DNA from: Coleofasciculus chthonoplastes F2-STO-03 | GTDB lineage: Bacteria > Cyanobacteriota > Cyanobacteriia > Cyanobacteriales > Coleofasciculaceae | Direction: 5' to 3' | NCBI GenBank assembly: GCA_040222015.1 | Contig: JAVJWO010000010.1 | Coordinates: 1 to 64,000, forward strand | DNA length: 64,000 nucleotides | Shown here: positions 9,698 to 21,609 of the stretch, in pieces | Layout: the number at the start of each line of letters is the position of its first letter | How positions within the stretch are numbered: the first letter of the stretch is position 1 | Notes under the pieces: generated by a model | Database searches by the model: none | Seen by the model: the letters and a program-made list of their open reading frames with translations, nothing else | What the model was told of the DNA's origin: nothing | Program-made: the position numbers and the translations under genes

Positions 9698-10762
9698 ATG
9701 AATAAAGTCGTCGTCGGTCTATCCGGTGGAGTTGATAGTTCAGTTGCCGCCACTACCCTACATCATCAAGGCTATGAAGTCGCTGGTCTGACCCTGTGGT
9801 TAATGAAAGGCAAGGGTCAATGTTGTTCTGAGGGAATGGTCGATGCGGCGTTTATTTGTGAGCAACTGGGCATTCCTCATCATATTGTGGATAGTCGTGA
9901 GGTTTTTCAGGCAAATATCGTCGATTATCTGGTTTCGGGGTATGAATCGGGCATCACGCCCTTACCTTGTTCTCAGTGCAACAAAACCGTTAAATTTGGT
10001 CCGATGCTCGCCTACGCGCGGGAGAGGTTAGGCATTGATAAAATTGCTACGGGTCACTATGCGCGGATTCGCTATGATGCTAAGAGCGATCGCTATCAGT
10101 TGCTGCGGGCGATAGACTCGAATAAAGACCAGTCTTATTTCCTGTACGACTTAACCCAAGACTTACTCGCCGCCTCGATATTTCCTTTAGGCGAACTCCA
10201 GAAGACGCAAACGCGACAGCTAGCGGCTGAATACCAACTCAAGACGGCACAGAAGCCAGAAAGTCAGGACTTGTGTTTGGTTGAGTCCCATGGTTCAATG
10301 CGGAAGTTTCTGGATCAGTATATTTCCCAAACCACAGGAGATATTGTAGATACGAATGGTAAAGTCTTAGGTCAGCATCAAGGAATTCACCATTACACGA
10401 TTGGACAACGCAAAGGAATCGGCATTGCTGCGCCGGAACCGTTATACGTGGTGGCAATTGATGCTGGGGCGAATCGAGTCATTGTTGGCGATCGCGCTAG
10501 TGCAACTCAACCTGATTGTACCGTGGGGCGAGTCAATTGGGTATCGATTCATCCGCCAACCCGTCCGATTCAGGCGTCGGTGCAGGTGCGGTATCGCAGT
10601 CATCCAGTGGATGTGACGGTTATTCCCCTAGACGGGAATCGGATGAAACTGATTTTTGATCAGCCGCAGTTTAGCATTACTCCCGGACAAGCCGCCGTCT
10701 TATATGAGGGGGAAATGCTGCTAGGCGGCGGAATTATTGAACGAAAGCAGGATTCAGTGTAG
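9698..10762 (+). CDS. mnmA: tRNA 2-thiouridylase MnmA
   Basis: SGGVDS, ATGHYAR, KDQSYFL, TPGQAAV. Confidence 0.96.
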   Translation: MNKVVVGLSGGVDSSVAATTLHHQGYEVAGLTLWLMKGKGQCCSEGMVDAAFICEQLGIPHHIVDSREVFQANIVDYLVSGYESGITPLPCSQCNKTVKFGPMLAYARERLGIDKIATGHYARIRYDAKSDRYQLLRAIDSNKDQSYFLYDLTQDLLAASIFPLGELQKTQTRQLAAEYQLKTAQKPESQDLCLVESHGSMRKFLDQYISQTTGDIVDTNGKVLGQHQGIHHYTIGQRKGIGIAAPEPLYVVAIDAGANRVIVGDRASATQPDCTVGRVNWVSIHPPTRPIQASVQVRYRSHPVDVTVIPLDGNRMKLIFDQPQFSITPGQAAVLYEGEMLLGGGIIERKQDSV

Positions 10763-10961
10763 AGACGTGCCATGGCACGTCTGGGATATGGGGAGTTGTT
10801 CTGTAGTGGCTTGGCAATGGTTTAATCTGTCCATGAGTAGGCTGGGTTTCGTTCCTCAATCCAGCAAATTCTCTGAGGAGCGTAGCCTTAAACCAAGGGT
10901 ACGGCAATGCCGTACCCCTACGGGAGAATTGATTGGGTAGGGACACGATACCATCGTGTCC
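10759..10961. repeat. cluster of GTAG-type REP-like palindromes
   Basis: GTAGAGACGTGCCATGGCACGTCT (also at 46801), GGGTACGGCAATGCCGTACCCCTAC, GTAGGGACACGATACCATCGTGTCC. Confidence 0.75.
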
Positions 10962-11358
10962 TGATTTAGGCTATAGGCTCCATTGTCATCGGTAAAAACT
11001 ATATCAGAGACAGGGTGCGATCGCGATTTCTCTGATCTTGGTCTGAAAGGCTTAATGAAGAGGTTATAGGCAGGCACATTTTTCCATGGTGATAAGTGTA
11101 CCAGAAAATCTTGCGATCGCGTCGTTCGTCGTCCAAGCTTCAGCTTTCAACTGAATGTCACGCTCCTCTTATTCTGGTGGGCAATGCCCACCCTACGGTA
11201 TATCAACGGTTTTGGCGCTCCCAAAATGCTTATTCCAGTACCATTTGACGATAGCTTGCTTCTTTTCGGGAGTGAGTATGACAAATGACGAATAATTGCC
11301 CAGAACCCATAAAGCAGATTATTTTAGAGGTGCAGTTGATGCAAGAAAGGAAAAGACA

Positions 11359-12531
11359 TTGAGTAAGCATTCGGATGGAATCGCCCCTCATGGGGGTCAA
11401 CTTATCAATCGCATTGCCTCAGAACAACAGCGATCAGAATTTTTGGAGAAAGCGGATTCCCTACTCAGGGTGCAACTTGATGCCTGGGCAGCATCTGATC
11501 TAGACTTAATCGCGATCGGTGGATTTAGCCCCTTGACCGGGTTTATGGAGCAAGCGGATTATGAGTCAGTTGTGGATAATATGCGTCTGGCGAATGGTTT
11601 ACCTTGGTCTATCCCAGTTACCTTATCAGTTGATGAGGACGTTGCTGAACCGTTAAAGGAAGGCAGCTTAGTGCGTCTGGATGACCAGGATGGGCGCTTT
11701 GTCGGCGTTTTAGAACTCACGCAAAAATATCGCTATGACAAAAAGCGGGAAGCGATGAATGTTTACCGCACGGATGAGGAAAAGCATCCGGGTGTCAAGG
11801 TGGTTTATAACCAAGGAGACGTGAATCTAGCCGGTCCAGTTTGGTTATTGCAACGGTATCCCCATCCTCTGTTTCCTAAGTATCAAATTGATCCGGCTCA
11901 ATCTCGGACGTTGTTTAAAGAACGGGGATGGAAAACTGTGGTGGGTTTCCAAACCCGAAATCCCATCCACCGAGCGCATGAATATATCATTAAATGTGCT
12001 TTGGAAATAGTTGATGGTTTATTCCTGCATCCCTTAGTGGGTGCAACCAAAAGCGATGACATCCCCGCCGATGTGCGGATGCGTTGCTATGAAATTATGA
12101 TGGATAACTATTTCCCCCGAAACCAGGTAATTTTAGCGATTAACCCAGCCGCGATGCGTTATGCGGGTCCAAGGGAAGCGATTTTCCACGCGATCGTGCG
12201 TAAGAATTATGGTTGTACTCACTTTATTGTGGGGCGCGATCATGCGGGTGTGGGTGACTATTATGGCACCTACGATGCTCAGCATATCTTTGAAGAGTTT
12301 GAGCCGGATGAGTTGGGGATTATGCCCCTGAAATTTGAACACGCCTTTTACTGCGAAGTGACGGAGACAATGGCAACAGCTAAAACAAGTCCCAGCACTC
12401 CAGATCAACGAATTCACTTATCAGGAACTAAGGTAAGGGAACTGTTGCGTAAAGGTGAGTTACCTCCGCCGCAGTTTTCTCGACCTTTAGTCGCGGCGGA
12501 ATTGGCGAAGGCGATGAAGGTGGAAGATTGA
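11359..12531 (+). CDS. sat: sulfate adenylyltransferase (TTG start at 11359 preferred over 11296)
   Basis: PHGG N-terminus, [21 protein letters not shown]. Confidence 0.95.
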   Translation: MSKHSDGIAPHGGQLINRIASEQQRSEFLEKADSLLRVQLDAWAASDLDLIAIGGFSPLTGFMEQADYESVVDNMRLANGLPWSIPVTLSVDEDVAEPLKEGSLVRLDDQDGRFVGVLELTQKYRYDKKREAMNVYRTDEEKHPGVKVVYNQGDVNLAGPVWLLQRYPHPLFPKYQIDPAQSRTLFKERGWKTVVGFQTRNPIHRAHEYIIKCALEIVDGLFLHPLVGATKSDDIPADVRMRCYEIMMDNYFPRNQVILAINPAAMRYAGPREAIFHAIVRKNYGCTHFIVGRDHAGVGDYYGTYDAQHIFEEFEPDELGIMPLKFEHAFYCEVTETMATAKTSPSTPDQRIHLSGTKVRELLRKGELPPPQFSRPLVAAELAKAMKVED

Positions 12532-12791
12532 CATCCTCCAAGTTCCTGAAGTTCCCCCAGCCAAAAACTCGAAACTGCTTCATCGTGAGACTTTCCGTGA
12601 TTTTTTAGACGTTCGGCGAGCGCTCAGTCGAGCCGCCCCTCTACTTGTATACAATCGCTGAAATGTTGATTTAGCTGGGGTTTCAACCGATATCTTCTCT
12701 ATATCTATTGCGAGAATAGCGCGTTGGCGGAGCCTGTTCCTACAGAACGTATCGCGCTATTCTCGCAAAAATTACTTAGGGCTTGGATTGA

Positions 12792-13182
12792 TCAAGTTCT
12801 CTTTTCCCATTCCATCAAAATAGTGTACAACCACTGCTCCACGCGATCGCACATCGCCTGCGTCGAGTATTTGGCTTCGGCTTGTAATCCTGATTTTGCA
12901 GCACTCCCATAATTTTCAGGGGAATCCCCGTCATCTGAGACGCCGCCACTGCATCCTCTAGCCCCTTTTCTGGAGCAATTCGCCCCACCCATCCGATCCA
13001 CGGTTCTGGTCCTGGACAAAAATTATAGCATGATAAATCAATACCATTTTAACCTGATGCCCGCGTCTGACTAAATCACTGGCAATATTCCGCAACGTTA
13101 ATTCCACACCGCCCGTCAATCCTGAACCCAAAGAACCCACAGGACTAGACATCAGCAGTAATTTTAGAGAATTATGATTCAT
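12792..13182 (-). pseudogene. glycosyltransferase family 4 remnant (N- and C-termini only)
   Basis: N-terminus SSPVGSLGSGLTGGVELTL..RGHQV and C-terminus QAEAKYSTQAMCDRVEQW lie in different frames; most of the gene is missing. Confidence 0.6.
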
Positions 13183-13232
13183 TCCTTATTTCCTTCTTCC
13201 CCAGCTCCCAGACGTTCCACCTTTAGTCTCTA

Positions 13233-15314
13233 CTATGACGCTACTCGCTTATTCTCCAACGCCACAAACTTATCCACCGATCGCACTTGTTGCAGGAGAT
13301 TTTGTAAGTCTTCTCCTTCAATAACTTCCGTCGCTAATATCTGTTGGGAAATTTGTTCAAGTAAATCGCGATTATGATTGAGAATCGCCAAGGCTTGCTG
13401 ATGAGATGTTTCTACAATTTCTCGCACTTCCATATCAATCGCTTTTGCCGTTTCGTCACTGACACTCCGGCGTACATTCCCGCCACCATTGCCTAAGAAA
13501 CTATTGCCTTGAGCCTGATTATATGCCAAAGGACCCAAAACTTTACTCATGCCATAAGTTGTCACCATGCGTTCTGCTAACTCCGTGGCGCGTTGCAAAT
13601 CATTCGCCGCCCCTGTGGTGATATTACCAAAGACAATTTCTTCAGCAGCGCGTCCTCCTAATAGGGTGGCAATATCGCCGCGAAGTTCCACTTCATTCAT
13701 CAAAAAACGGTCTTCTGTGGGTAGTTGCAGTGTGTATCCTAACGCAGACATTCCCCGTGGCACAATGGAGATTTTCGCGACTTTACCACTTCCTGGCATT
13801 AACGCACCCACTAAAGCATGACCAACTTCGTGATAAGCGACAATCTTTTTCTCAACATCGTTGAGAACCCGGCTTTTCTTCTCCAACCCCGCCACGACTC
13901 GTTCAATGGCTTCGGCAAAGTCAGCTTGAGCAATGGTATCCTGTCGCTTGCGGGCGGCTAATAAGGCGGCTTCATTGACCAGATTGGCTAAATCAGCCCC
14001 AGCAAACCCAGGAGTACGAGTTGCGATCGCGTGTAGATCCACATCCTCACCCAATTTGACTTTCTGGGCATAAATGCTTAAAATTTCTTTACGTCCAGCT
14101 AAATCAGGACGGTCAACCAATACCTGACGGTCAAAGCGTCCCGGACGTAACAAGGCGCGATCTAAGCTTTCGGGGCGGTTCGTCGCCGCTAGGACAATCA
14201 CCGTCGCATCTCCAGCCGCAAATCCATCCATCTCGGTGAGCAATTGGTTCAGCGTCTGTTCCCGTTCATCATTCCCGCCACTATGGAAATTCCCACTACT
14301 CCGAGATTTGCCGATCGCATCCAATTCATCAATAAAAATAATACAGGGCGCCTTCTTTTTTGCCTGATCAAACAAATCCCGCACCCGGGCGGCACCCGTA
14401 CCCACAAATAGTTCCACAAACTCCGACGCGGAAATACTAAAGAAAGACACCCCAGCTTCCCCCGCCACGGCTTTGGCTAAGAGGGTTTTTCCCGTTCCCG
14501 GAGGTCCGACAAGGAGTACCCCTTTAGGGATTCGCGCTCCAATTTCGGTAAAGCGATCAGGATTTTGCAAGAATTCGACAATTTCCACTAATTCTGTCTT
14601 GGCTTCCTCCGCCCCCGCGACATTAGCAAAGGTAATTTTAGCCGATTCTCCTTCTACATAAACCTTTGCCTTACTTTTACTAAACGAAAGCGCACCTTCA
14701 GCGTCTCTGTCATTGCGGCGCAGGAAAAACTGAAAGGCGGCGACGAGGATTAGCGGCGGAACCACCCAACTTAACAGACTCAGTAACCAACCATTTTTGG
14801 GAGGAGGCGCAGCAAAAAATTCAATGTCCTGTTCCTGAAGCGTGTTCACCAAGTCTGGATCATCAACCCTGAGTGTGGCATAGATTTGTCCTTGTTGCTC
14901 ATCCTCGTTGAGCAGTTCATCGGTTGGGTTGAGCGGATCGTCAGATGTTGAATTTAACGGATTGTCGGGGGTATCCAGATCCGGTTCTACTTCTGTGTCT
15001 AGGGGCGGTTCTGCCGTTTCCAGCAAGTCTTGAGTGGCTTGGAGAGGATCTTGAGTGGCTTGCAGCAAGTCTTGAGTCGCCTTCAGGGGATCTTGAGCGG
15101 GCTTAAGCTGATAAATCACTTGTTCTTCCCCCACCGAAACCCGTGTGACTTTGCCGTCGTCCAGTTGGTCGAGAAATTCGCTATAGGGTACTATGGGAAA
15201 CCGAGAGGATTTGGGTACAAACAAGTACCCCAGTAAGGATACACTCGCCAGAATTAATAGAATAAGACCAATCTGGCGACCGTGTGGCGATTTCGGTTTG
15301 TCTTTAATACTCAT
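13233..15314 (-). CDS. ftsH: ATP-dependent zinc metalloprotease FtsH
   Basis: Two TM segments, [19 protein letters not shown] motif, HEVGH. Confidence 0.96.
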   Translation of the reverse strand: MSIKDKPKSPHGRQIGLILLILASVSLLGYLFVPKSSRFPIVPYSEFLDQLDDGKVTRVSVGEEQVIYQLKPAQDPLKATQDLLQATQDPLQATQDLLETAEPPLDTEVEPDLDTPDNPLNSTSDDPLNPTDELLNEDEQQGQIYATLRVDDPDLVNTLQEQDIEFFAAPPPKNGWLLSLLSWVVPPLILVAAFQFFLRRNDRDAEGALSFSKSKAKVYVEGESAKITFANVAGAEEAKTELVEIVEFLQNPDRFTEIGARIPKGVLLVGPPGTGKTLLAKAVAGEAGVSFFSISASEFVELFVGTGAARVRDLFDQAKKKAPCIIFIDELDAIGKSRSSGNFHSGGNDEREQTLNQLLTEMDGFAAGDATVIVLAATNRPESLDRALLRPGRFDRQVLVDRPDLAGRKEILSIYAQKVKLGEDVDLHAIATRTPGFAGADLANLVNEAALLAARKRQDTIAQADFAEAIERVVAGLEKKSRVLNDVEKKIVAYHEVGHALVGALMPGSGKVAKISIVPRGMSALGYTLQLPTEDRFLMNEVELRGDIATLLGGRAAEEIVFGNITTGAANDLQRATELAERMVTTYGMSKVLGPLAYNQAQGNSFLGNGGGNVRRSVSDETAKAIDMEVREIVETSHQQALAILNHNRDLLEQISQQILATEVIEGEDLQNLLQQVRSVDKFVALENKRVAS

Positions 15315-15451
15315 ACATTTGTTATCTGCACGCTTGATGCCGTGGGCTTGGGTGGATGGGAGAATTCCTATTTTTAGGGTAACAAGTTAGGAAATACTAA
15401 TTTGCGACAAACCTTACAGCCTTCTGCCCTAGAGCCTTCTGCCTTTTTATA

Positions 15452-16147
15452 CTAACGCTCATATTCCACATAATCCACTTGTCTATCATCAAGAGGAGGC
15501 GGTATTACTTCAGTGCGTCGCCTAGCTGAGGGGGCATAAGGAAGCGCATTGTAGGGATGGGGGACAACGTAAGTTGTCCGAGGTGGACGTGGTTGTTGTT
15601 GTCGCGACAGCACTGCCAATAATCCCACAACTACAACACCCCCACTAATTGTTACTGCCATACCACCCAATCCCCAAACCAAGCCGGAAATAATCGAATT
15701 ATCTGACTCAGACTGCTGGACAGGAGTTACAGGGGGCGCTGCTTCAATCCGAGGTGGTATGAAACTATTAGGATTATTGGGATTATTTTGTCCCATAAGA
15801 TTGTCAATCAACGCTTGCTGGTTTTGCATTTGAGCTTTTAGCTGTTCCGTTTCGGCGCGTTGCTGTTCCAGCATACCTTTCAAGCGTTCTACTGTAACCT
15901 GTTGCTGTTCAAAATCATTACCGGCAAAACCTGGTGTCGTCTGAACTGGCATTTGCGGGTTCTGCCCATAAGCAGGATTATAGGGATTATCAGGATTATA
16001 GGGATTATAAGGATTGCTCTGTGGAAGTTGAGCCGTTTGAGAGGGAGGGGCATTCGTAATGCCAAGACTATCTCCGCCTTTCATCATAAACAGAACTGCC
16101 ACTCCCGCAAAGGCAGCCCCTGTTAGGAATGCCATACCATCACTCAT
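15452..16147 (-). CDS. PatN-like membrane protein (heterocyst-differentiation-related family)
   Basis: Hydrophobic N-terminus MSDGMAFLTGAAFAG, P/Q-rich region, coiled coil, TM VWGLGGMAVTISGGVVV, acidic C-tail; matches my recollection of Nostoc PatN. Confidence 0.6.
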   Translation of the reverse strand: MSDGMAFLTGAAFAGVAVLFMMKGGDSLGITNAPPSQTAQLPQSNPYNPYNPDNPYNPAYGQNPQMPVQTTPGFAGNDFEQQQVTVERLKGMLEQQRAETEQLKAQMQNQQALIDNLMGQNNPNNPNSFIPPRIEAAPPVTPVQQSESDNSIISGLVWGLGGMAVTISGGVVVVGLLAVLSRQQQPRPPRTTYVVPHPYNALPYAPSARRRTEVIPPPLDDRQVDYVEYER

Positions 16148-16801
16148 CGCTCTTACCTCACATTCAAAACTGAACTACCACTTATTGTCACTGATACAGG
16201 TTGACTGCCATCGGTGAGACTTGACTCCTTATGAGTTTATACGCCATTGATGCAATTGGGAGTTCTCTAGCTGTTCTCCGTTTTCTAATTGAAAACGAGA
16301 AAGGCTCAATTGTCCATCCCCAAGGATCTTATAAACGTTTCTAGGTCGTATCACCAGGGTTATAAGAATTTCTCTAGTTACTGATTTGACGGAAAAATGC
16401 GGAAATCAGTTAGCCAGTGTTATGCAAGACTAATCCGGATCATGCTTCGATTCTAGACGATTCCACAATCCTGCGATCGCGCCTTCCCTATCACTTCATC
16501 GGAAGCTAGGGTAGGTAAGGGATAGGGAAATTTTTTCGGGATGAGCGATCGCGGATACAATAGCCGATTTTTCAACCTGTGACAACTTGACCCCGTAGGC
16601 AGCGATTCATAATAATCACTAATCTAAAGCAGACGATGCTAGCCTGTCTGTGGGACAATAGAACAGGACTGACGCTTGCTTCATGCTTTATCGGAATCAA
16701 TAGCCAATATTAGCCTTCTTGCGGGTATGGGTTGTGCGTCAGGTATCAAAACAGCCGACTTAAAAAGCCACATCTACTGCTGCTCACTACACAATTAATC
16801 T

Positions 16802-17653
16802 ATGTCCACAGCCCCCAAAATTCTCTCAGAAAATCGATGCTTCGGCGGTACAGTTGGCTTTTACTCCCATCACTCTCAAACCTGCAACAGTAAAATGCGG
16901 TTTGCTGTTTACCAACCGCCTCAAGCCAAATTAGAACGAGTCCCGGTTCTTTATTTCCTGTCCGGCTTAACCTGTACCGAAGAAAATTTCATGGCAAAAG
17001 CTGGGGCGCAGAAGTTTGCGGCGAAGTATGGATTAATGCTGGTGACGCCAGATACCAGTCCCCGTGATACCGGAATTCCGGGAGAAAATGACGACTGGGA
17101 TTTCGGTACAGGCGCGGGTTTTTACGTCGATGCGACAGTAGAACCCTGGTCAGATCATTATCAAATGTATAGCTACGTGGTTGAGGAATTACCGGCAATC
17201 ATTGCCCAACATTTCCCGGCTCAAATTGATCATCAGGGCATTTTTGGTCATTCCATGGGGGGTCATGGAGCGCTAATTTGTGCTTTAAGAAACCCTGAGC
17301 AATATACATCGGTTTCGGCTTTAGCCCCAATTGCCGCACCAACAAAGTGTCCTTGGGGACAAAAAGCATTTACGAATTATTTGGGTGAAGATGAAGAAAG
17401 CTGGGGCATCTATGATGCTAGTGAATTAGTGTTAACCGTTGGATATAAGCGTCCAATTCTGATTGATCAAGGGACAGCCGATCCCTTTTTAGAGAAGCAA
17501 CAATTACTTCCCGGTATCTTTGCCCAAGCCTGTGAAAAAGCCAGAGTCCCTTTAACATTACGCTTTCAGGAAGGGTATAATCACAGCTATTATTTCATTT
17601 CCTCTTTTGTTGAAGACCACATTCGTCATCATGCGGCGGTGTTAAAGCTATAA
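16802..17653 (+). CDS. fghA: S-formylglutathione hydrolase
   Basis: LSGLTCTEENF, GHSMGG, HSYYFI. Confidence 0.93.
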   Translation: MSTAPKILSENRCFGGTVGFYSHHSQTCNSKMRFAVYQPPQAKLERVPVLYFLSGLTCTEENFMAKAGAQKFAAKYGLMLVTPDTSPRDTGIPGENDDWDFGTGAGFYVDATVEPWSDHYQMYSYVVEELPAIIAQHFPAQIDHQGIFGHSMGGHGALICALRNPEQYTSVSALAPIAAPTKCPWGQKAFTNYLGEDEESWGIYDASELVLTVGYKRPILIDQGTADPFLEKQQLLPGIFAQACEKARVPLTLRFQEGYNHSYYFISSFVEDHIRHHAAVLKL

Positions 17654-17762
17654 CCATCCTAAGCTGAATAGCACTGAAATAAGCATTTTTGCAGTGCCAA
17701 AATCCTTGATACACCGTAGGGTGGGCATTGCCCACCAACATACCAGTCAGTGACATTCATCC

Positions 17763-17891
17763 TAAGCTGTTCGGCATTTAAATTGGGATACCTAAAACCC
17801 TGAAAGGCAACAGGCAACGCCTCGACTTCGCTCGGTGTGTCACAGGCAACAGGCAACGCCTGAATACACAATTTAAATGCGTTTTAGCTTA
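17763..17891. mobile_element. MITE (TAAGCTG...CAGCTTA family)
   Basis: TAAGCTGTTCGGCATTTAAATTG / CAATTTAAATGCGTTTTAGCTTA inverted ends. Confidence 0.65.
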
Positions 17892-17935
17892 TTTAGGGCT
17901 GGCTGAATAAGTGCTAAGTTAGAATAACTAATTTC

Positions 17936-19714
17936 TCAAAAGGGCTGATAATCCAGGGAAAAGTGGAAACCCGATTCTTGCAGTGAATCCCCCCGTTGAT
18001 TGACTTTAATTAAGGGGATGCCATAGTCTAAACGCAAATCTAAATCGGAATTAATCCGCCAATTGAATCCTAATCCTAAACTAGCAAGGGTGTTGGGATT
18101 TGGGTGATCATCTTGATTATTCCAAGCTGTACCGATATCAAAGAAAGGTACGAGTTGTAATTGATTGGGGTTTGAGGTGAGGGGAATCCGGACTTCTAGT
18201 GAACCCCAAATGCCATTATCAGTAACCTGTTGATTTTGGCGATACCCTCGAATGCTATCTCCACCGCCGATCCCAAATCGTTCTAGGGAGAGTAAAGAGT
18301 CGGGAGTGAGTTGAGTATTGATTTCTGCCAGGAGTACGGTTTTGGGTGATAATCGCTGCACCCATTGAAATTGTCCTAACCAAGAGAAGAATCGCCCATC
18401 GGTTCCTGTATTATTAATTGTGGCATCAAAGGCATCTAGTCCGAGACTAAATTGAGAGCGAGCTGCTAAGATGCGGTTAGGTGTGCGATCGCTCCATTCC
18501 TGAAAGATGCGAAGTACGGTAACTTTGGATTCGCCATCCTCTGGTCCTTGGGAGAAGGAAAAGGGGATATCATTGAGCAGGAAGGTTTGGCTACGACGCC
18601 AATCGACACTGACACCCAGGGCAAATTCAGTTGTAGGCGATCGCACAATCGGTTGACGGAAATTTACAGATAGGGTGCGGGATTCGCTTCTGATTCCTAA
18701 ATCTTCAAAGCCGGCTTCTAGAATCCGACTGTTACTATTGCTATAGCTGAAGCTAATTTTACCATCACGGGCATTGATGGGAATCCCGTAGTTGACACGA
18801 TAGAAGTCTAATCCTGGGGTGAACCCGTATTCAGCAGAAACGCGATCGCCAAATCCGAATAGGTTATCATGGCTGATAAATAGATTGGCTTGTTCTGAGC
18901 CGATACTGGGAGATTGATTATTGGCACCAGATACACCGGCGTGAAAGGATGGTGTTTCTTGCAAGTCTAGGAGTAAGATGTTTTTGCCGGAACCACTGCC
19001 AGCGATTAGTTCAGCATTGATTTGATTGAGGAGGGGGTCAAGTTGCAGAAGTTGTAAGGCTTCTTCCAGGCGATGGCGATTGAAAGGAGTATCGGTTGCT
19101 AATTCCAGGCGACGGCGCACATATCCTGATTTGAGGCGGTTTAATCCCTGGATTTGAATCTGTTCAATTTCACCTTCAACGATTTGAATTTCGATCATCC
19201 CATCACTAATATCTTGTTTGGGTAAAAAGGCACCAGAGGTGACATAACCCTGTTGAATATACAGTTGAGTAATGCTTTGGCGTAGTTCGAGTAAAGTTTC
19301 AAAGGTTACGTCTTGGTTGTGATAGGTTTGGGTTAATTCGGCGATTTCTGATTGCAATACGGTATTGCCGAGAACTTCTATTTGATTAATGCGGAATAAT
19401 TCTGGGGATAGAGAGGGAATTTGAGGCGGTTGGGGAGTTGTAGGGAGTTGTAGGTTGGGTTGAGGTGGGGATAGGGGGGTTTCCTGTGGTAGAGGAGGGG
19501 ATAAATCAGTTGGATTGGGAATAGTTTGTTCCAGGGTTTCTGGTGCACCTTCTGGAATCGTTATCCCAGGGGGTGGAGAAGATTGAGCCACTGTATCGGA
19601 ATTTCCCAATGCTGATGGTACAGCTATCTGTAGGGGTGCAAGGCTTGCGCCCCCACATATTGAAATGGTAATGCCAACCTCTACAAATGTTGTCCGTTTC
19701 CCGGTAAGATACAT
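17936..19714 (-). CDS. ShlB/FhaC/HecB-family two-partner secretion transporter (TpsB)
   Basis: Pro-rich linker, POTRA (YIQQGYVTSGAFLP, IVEG), IRGY loop, beta-barrel ending in F. Confidence 0.92.
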   Translation of the reverse strand: MYLTGKRTTFVEVGITISICGGASLAPLQIAVPSALGNSDTVAQSSPPPGITIPEGAPETLEQTIPNPTDLSPPLPQETPLSPPQPNLQLPTTPQPPQIPSLSPELFRINQIEVLGNTVLQSEIAELTQTYHNQDVTFETLLELRQSITQLYIQQGYVTSGAFLPKQDISDGMIEIQIVEGEIEQIQIQGLNRLKSGYVRRRLELATDTPFNRHRLEEALQLLQLDPLLNQINAELIAGSGSGKNILLLDLQETPSFHAGVSGANNQSPSIGSEQANLFISHDNLFGFGDRVSAEYGFTPGLDFYRVNYGIPINARDGKISFSYSNSNSRILEAGFEDLGIRSESRTLSVNFRQPIVRSPTTEFALGVSVDWRRSQTFLLNDIPFSFSQGPEDGESKVTVLRIFQEWSDRTPNRILAARSQFSLGLDAFDATINNTGTDGRFFSWLGQFQWVQRLSPKTVLLAEINTQLTPDSLLSLERFGIGGGDSIRGYRQNQQVTDNGIWGSLEVRIPLTSNPNQLQLVPFFDIGTAWNNQDDHPNPNTLASLGLGFNWRINSDLDLRLDYGIPLIKVNQRGDSLQESGFHFSLDYQPF

Positions 19715-20446
19715 CCTGATTTAATTGTCATTTGTTATTTGCTCAATATAGTGTTTACAGATGATTCCTGTACAGCCAAAGCCCTGAAAGCCTTACTGGA
19801 TAAGGGTGGCTTGTTGGCATCTCAAATGAAAACGCTATAGCTTAGAAGCTGTTCAAAATAAGGGCTTGATACCAATGCGGCTCATTGATTGCCCTAACTG
19901 GGATATTTGAAAAGAAAGTTTCTCCCGCCATAGTTGCTGTAGTGGCTCGGCACACCTAAGCAAGGTGGATTAGAATTGTAGGGGCGCACGGTGTGCGCCC
20001 TTTTACTGCACATAAGTGCGCCCGATTTCACCGCCAAATCGCTTTATGCAGATGGAAAGTCCATGACTCGGGGCGCAAGCCTTCAGTCAGGGCGCACGTC
20101 TGTGCGCCCCTACGGGATTTGTGATAGTGTCATCCTGATCAATGGGATGCGATCGCGCTTTGTGTTGTCCTCTGTGTGTTAATCTGTGTGATTCTCAGAA
20201 CCTGCGATCGCGTTGGCTTGATTTGAATGAAAACATTTGATGCGCTCGTCTTGGTTTTTCCCAAATCCACCCCACCCTAATCCCTACTTAATATAGCCTT
20301 ACTCAAATAGCCCTTGGTAGAGTTCCGGTGGAACGTCTCTTACTGGTTTTCTAGGAACTGGTAAAGACGTTGCATTTTAGTCTCTACTGTCAATGCCTCT
20401 GAAAGTCTTGATGGCTCAGGGTTTCCCGTTTATGCAGCCAATTTTG

Positions 20447-20523
20447 TGCAGTTTTGTGCAATCTGACTGGCTCAATCCTGTCAATAACCTTGTTGATTTA
20501 CGCCATCAAATTGGCAGAAAAGG
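20447..20523 (+). promoter_or_regulatory. conserved upstream element of PEP-CTERM gene 1
   Basis: 64/77 ungapped identity (hand count) to 23521-23597. Confidence 0.7.
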
Positions 20524-20599
20524 TTAATGCATTATATAAAAATTAGTTGTATTCTTACGAGTAAGGAGTAGAAACTGTTAAAAAGGATTTTAAATAGTC

Positions 20600-21391
20600 A
20601 TGAAAATCAGATATCAATTAAGTGTTGCTATCGCTGGTGCTTCAGCTCTAGTTCTCACAACTCATATTTCCACAGCTCAGGCATTTTCAGTTTTCTTTGG
20701 CGAAGATTTGAATGTTGGTGGCAATGGGAATACTCCCTTAAGTAGTTTCCCAAATTCTTCCCAAGCAGAAGCCGACTTTATTTCTAAATTAAAGGGTGTA
20801 GGAACCGAAGATTTTGAAGGGTTTAATGCCAACCAAAAGCCTCCTTTAAACTTAACCTTTCCCGGTGCAGGTACTGCTACTCTGTCAGGTGCTGGTTCTA
20901 TCAACACAGGTTCTTCCAATGAGTCAACAGATGGGGCTTATCCCATTTCTGGAAACCAAAACTACTTAACCTTTGTTGGTGATGGAGGATTTACCGCTAA
21001 TCTCGATCAACCCGTTGCTGCTTTTGGCTTCTATCTCACCGATCTTAGCGATCTGGTTGGCACTCAACTGAATTTAGAATTGGGTTTTTCCAACGGTACT
21101 ACTAAAAATTTAGTAGTTCCCAACACGATCTCCCCCAGACCAGGTAGTGGTTCAGTTGTTTACTATGGTGTAATTGCTGACAATCCTAGCGAAGTATTTA
21201 CTAACGTATCCTTTACATTCGCTAACAATGGTAACGAAAACGAAGGTGTCGGTATGGATGATATAACCATTGGTAGTTTAGAGCAAGTAGAAAATGTGCC
21301 TGAACCACTCACCATCCTCGGTTCAGCTACCGCCCTAGGCATTGGTGGGTTACTCAAAAAAGAGTCTTCTAAAAAGCAAAAGAAAAGCTAA
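20600..21391 (+). CDS. PEP-CTERM sorting domain protein
   Basis: Signal peptide ending AQA; VPEPLTILGSATALG followed by a basic tail. Confidence 0.92.
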   Translation: MKIRYQLSVAIAGASALVLTTHISTAQAFSVFFGEDLNVGGNGNTPLSSFPNSSQAEADFISKLKGVGTEDFEGFNANQKPPLNLTFPGAGTATLSGAGSINTGSSNESTDGAYPISGNQNYLTFVGDGGFTANLDQPVAAFGFYLTDLSDLVGTQLNLELGFSNGTTKNLVVPNTISPRPGSGSVVYYGVIADNPSEVFTNVSFTFANNGNENEGVGMDDITIGSLEQVENVPEPLTILGSATALGIGGLLKKESSKKQKKS

Positions 21392-21609
21392 CTGTCGAAT
21401 AGTGTAAAAACAATTGGACTGATGGTATCCAGACAAGGTAGTCTGGATGCCTTAGCTTCATGGCAACAACCCAAGCGGTGATCACTCTTTTTGAAAAGTC
21501 CACCAGTTCTTTCCTTGTGTCGTGTTCCCAACCCTTGCGCTTAGAGTCAAATTATTGTTACATTAGTTTATATAGGTTAGTCGCCAAAAAATCTGAAAAT
21601 AAACAAGAG

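Noticed and set aside
12578..12600. Group II intron domain V (GAAAGTCTCACG on the minus strand)
   Set aside because: The flanking stem and catalytic triad context are absent
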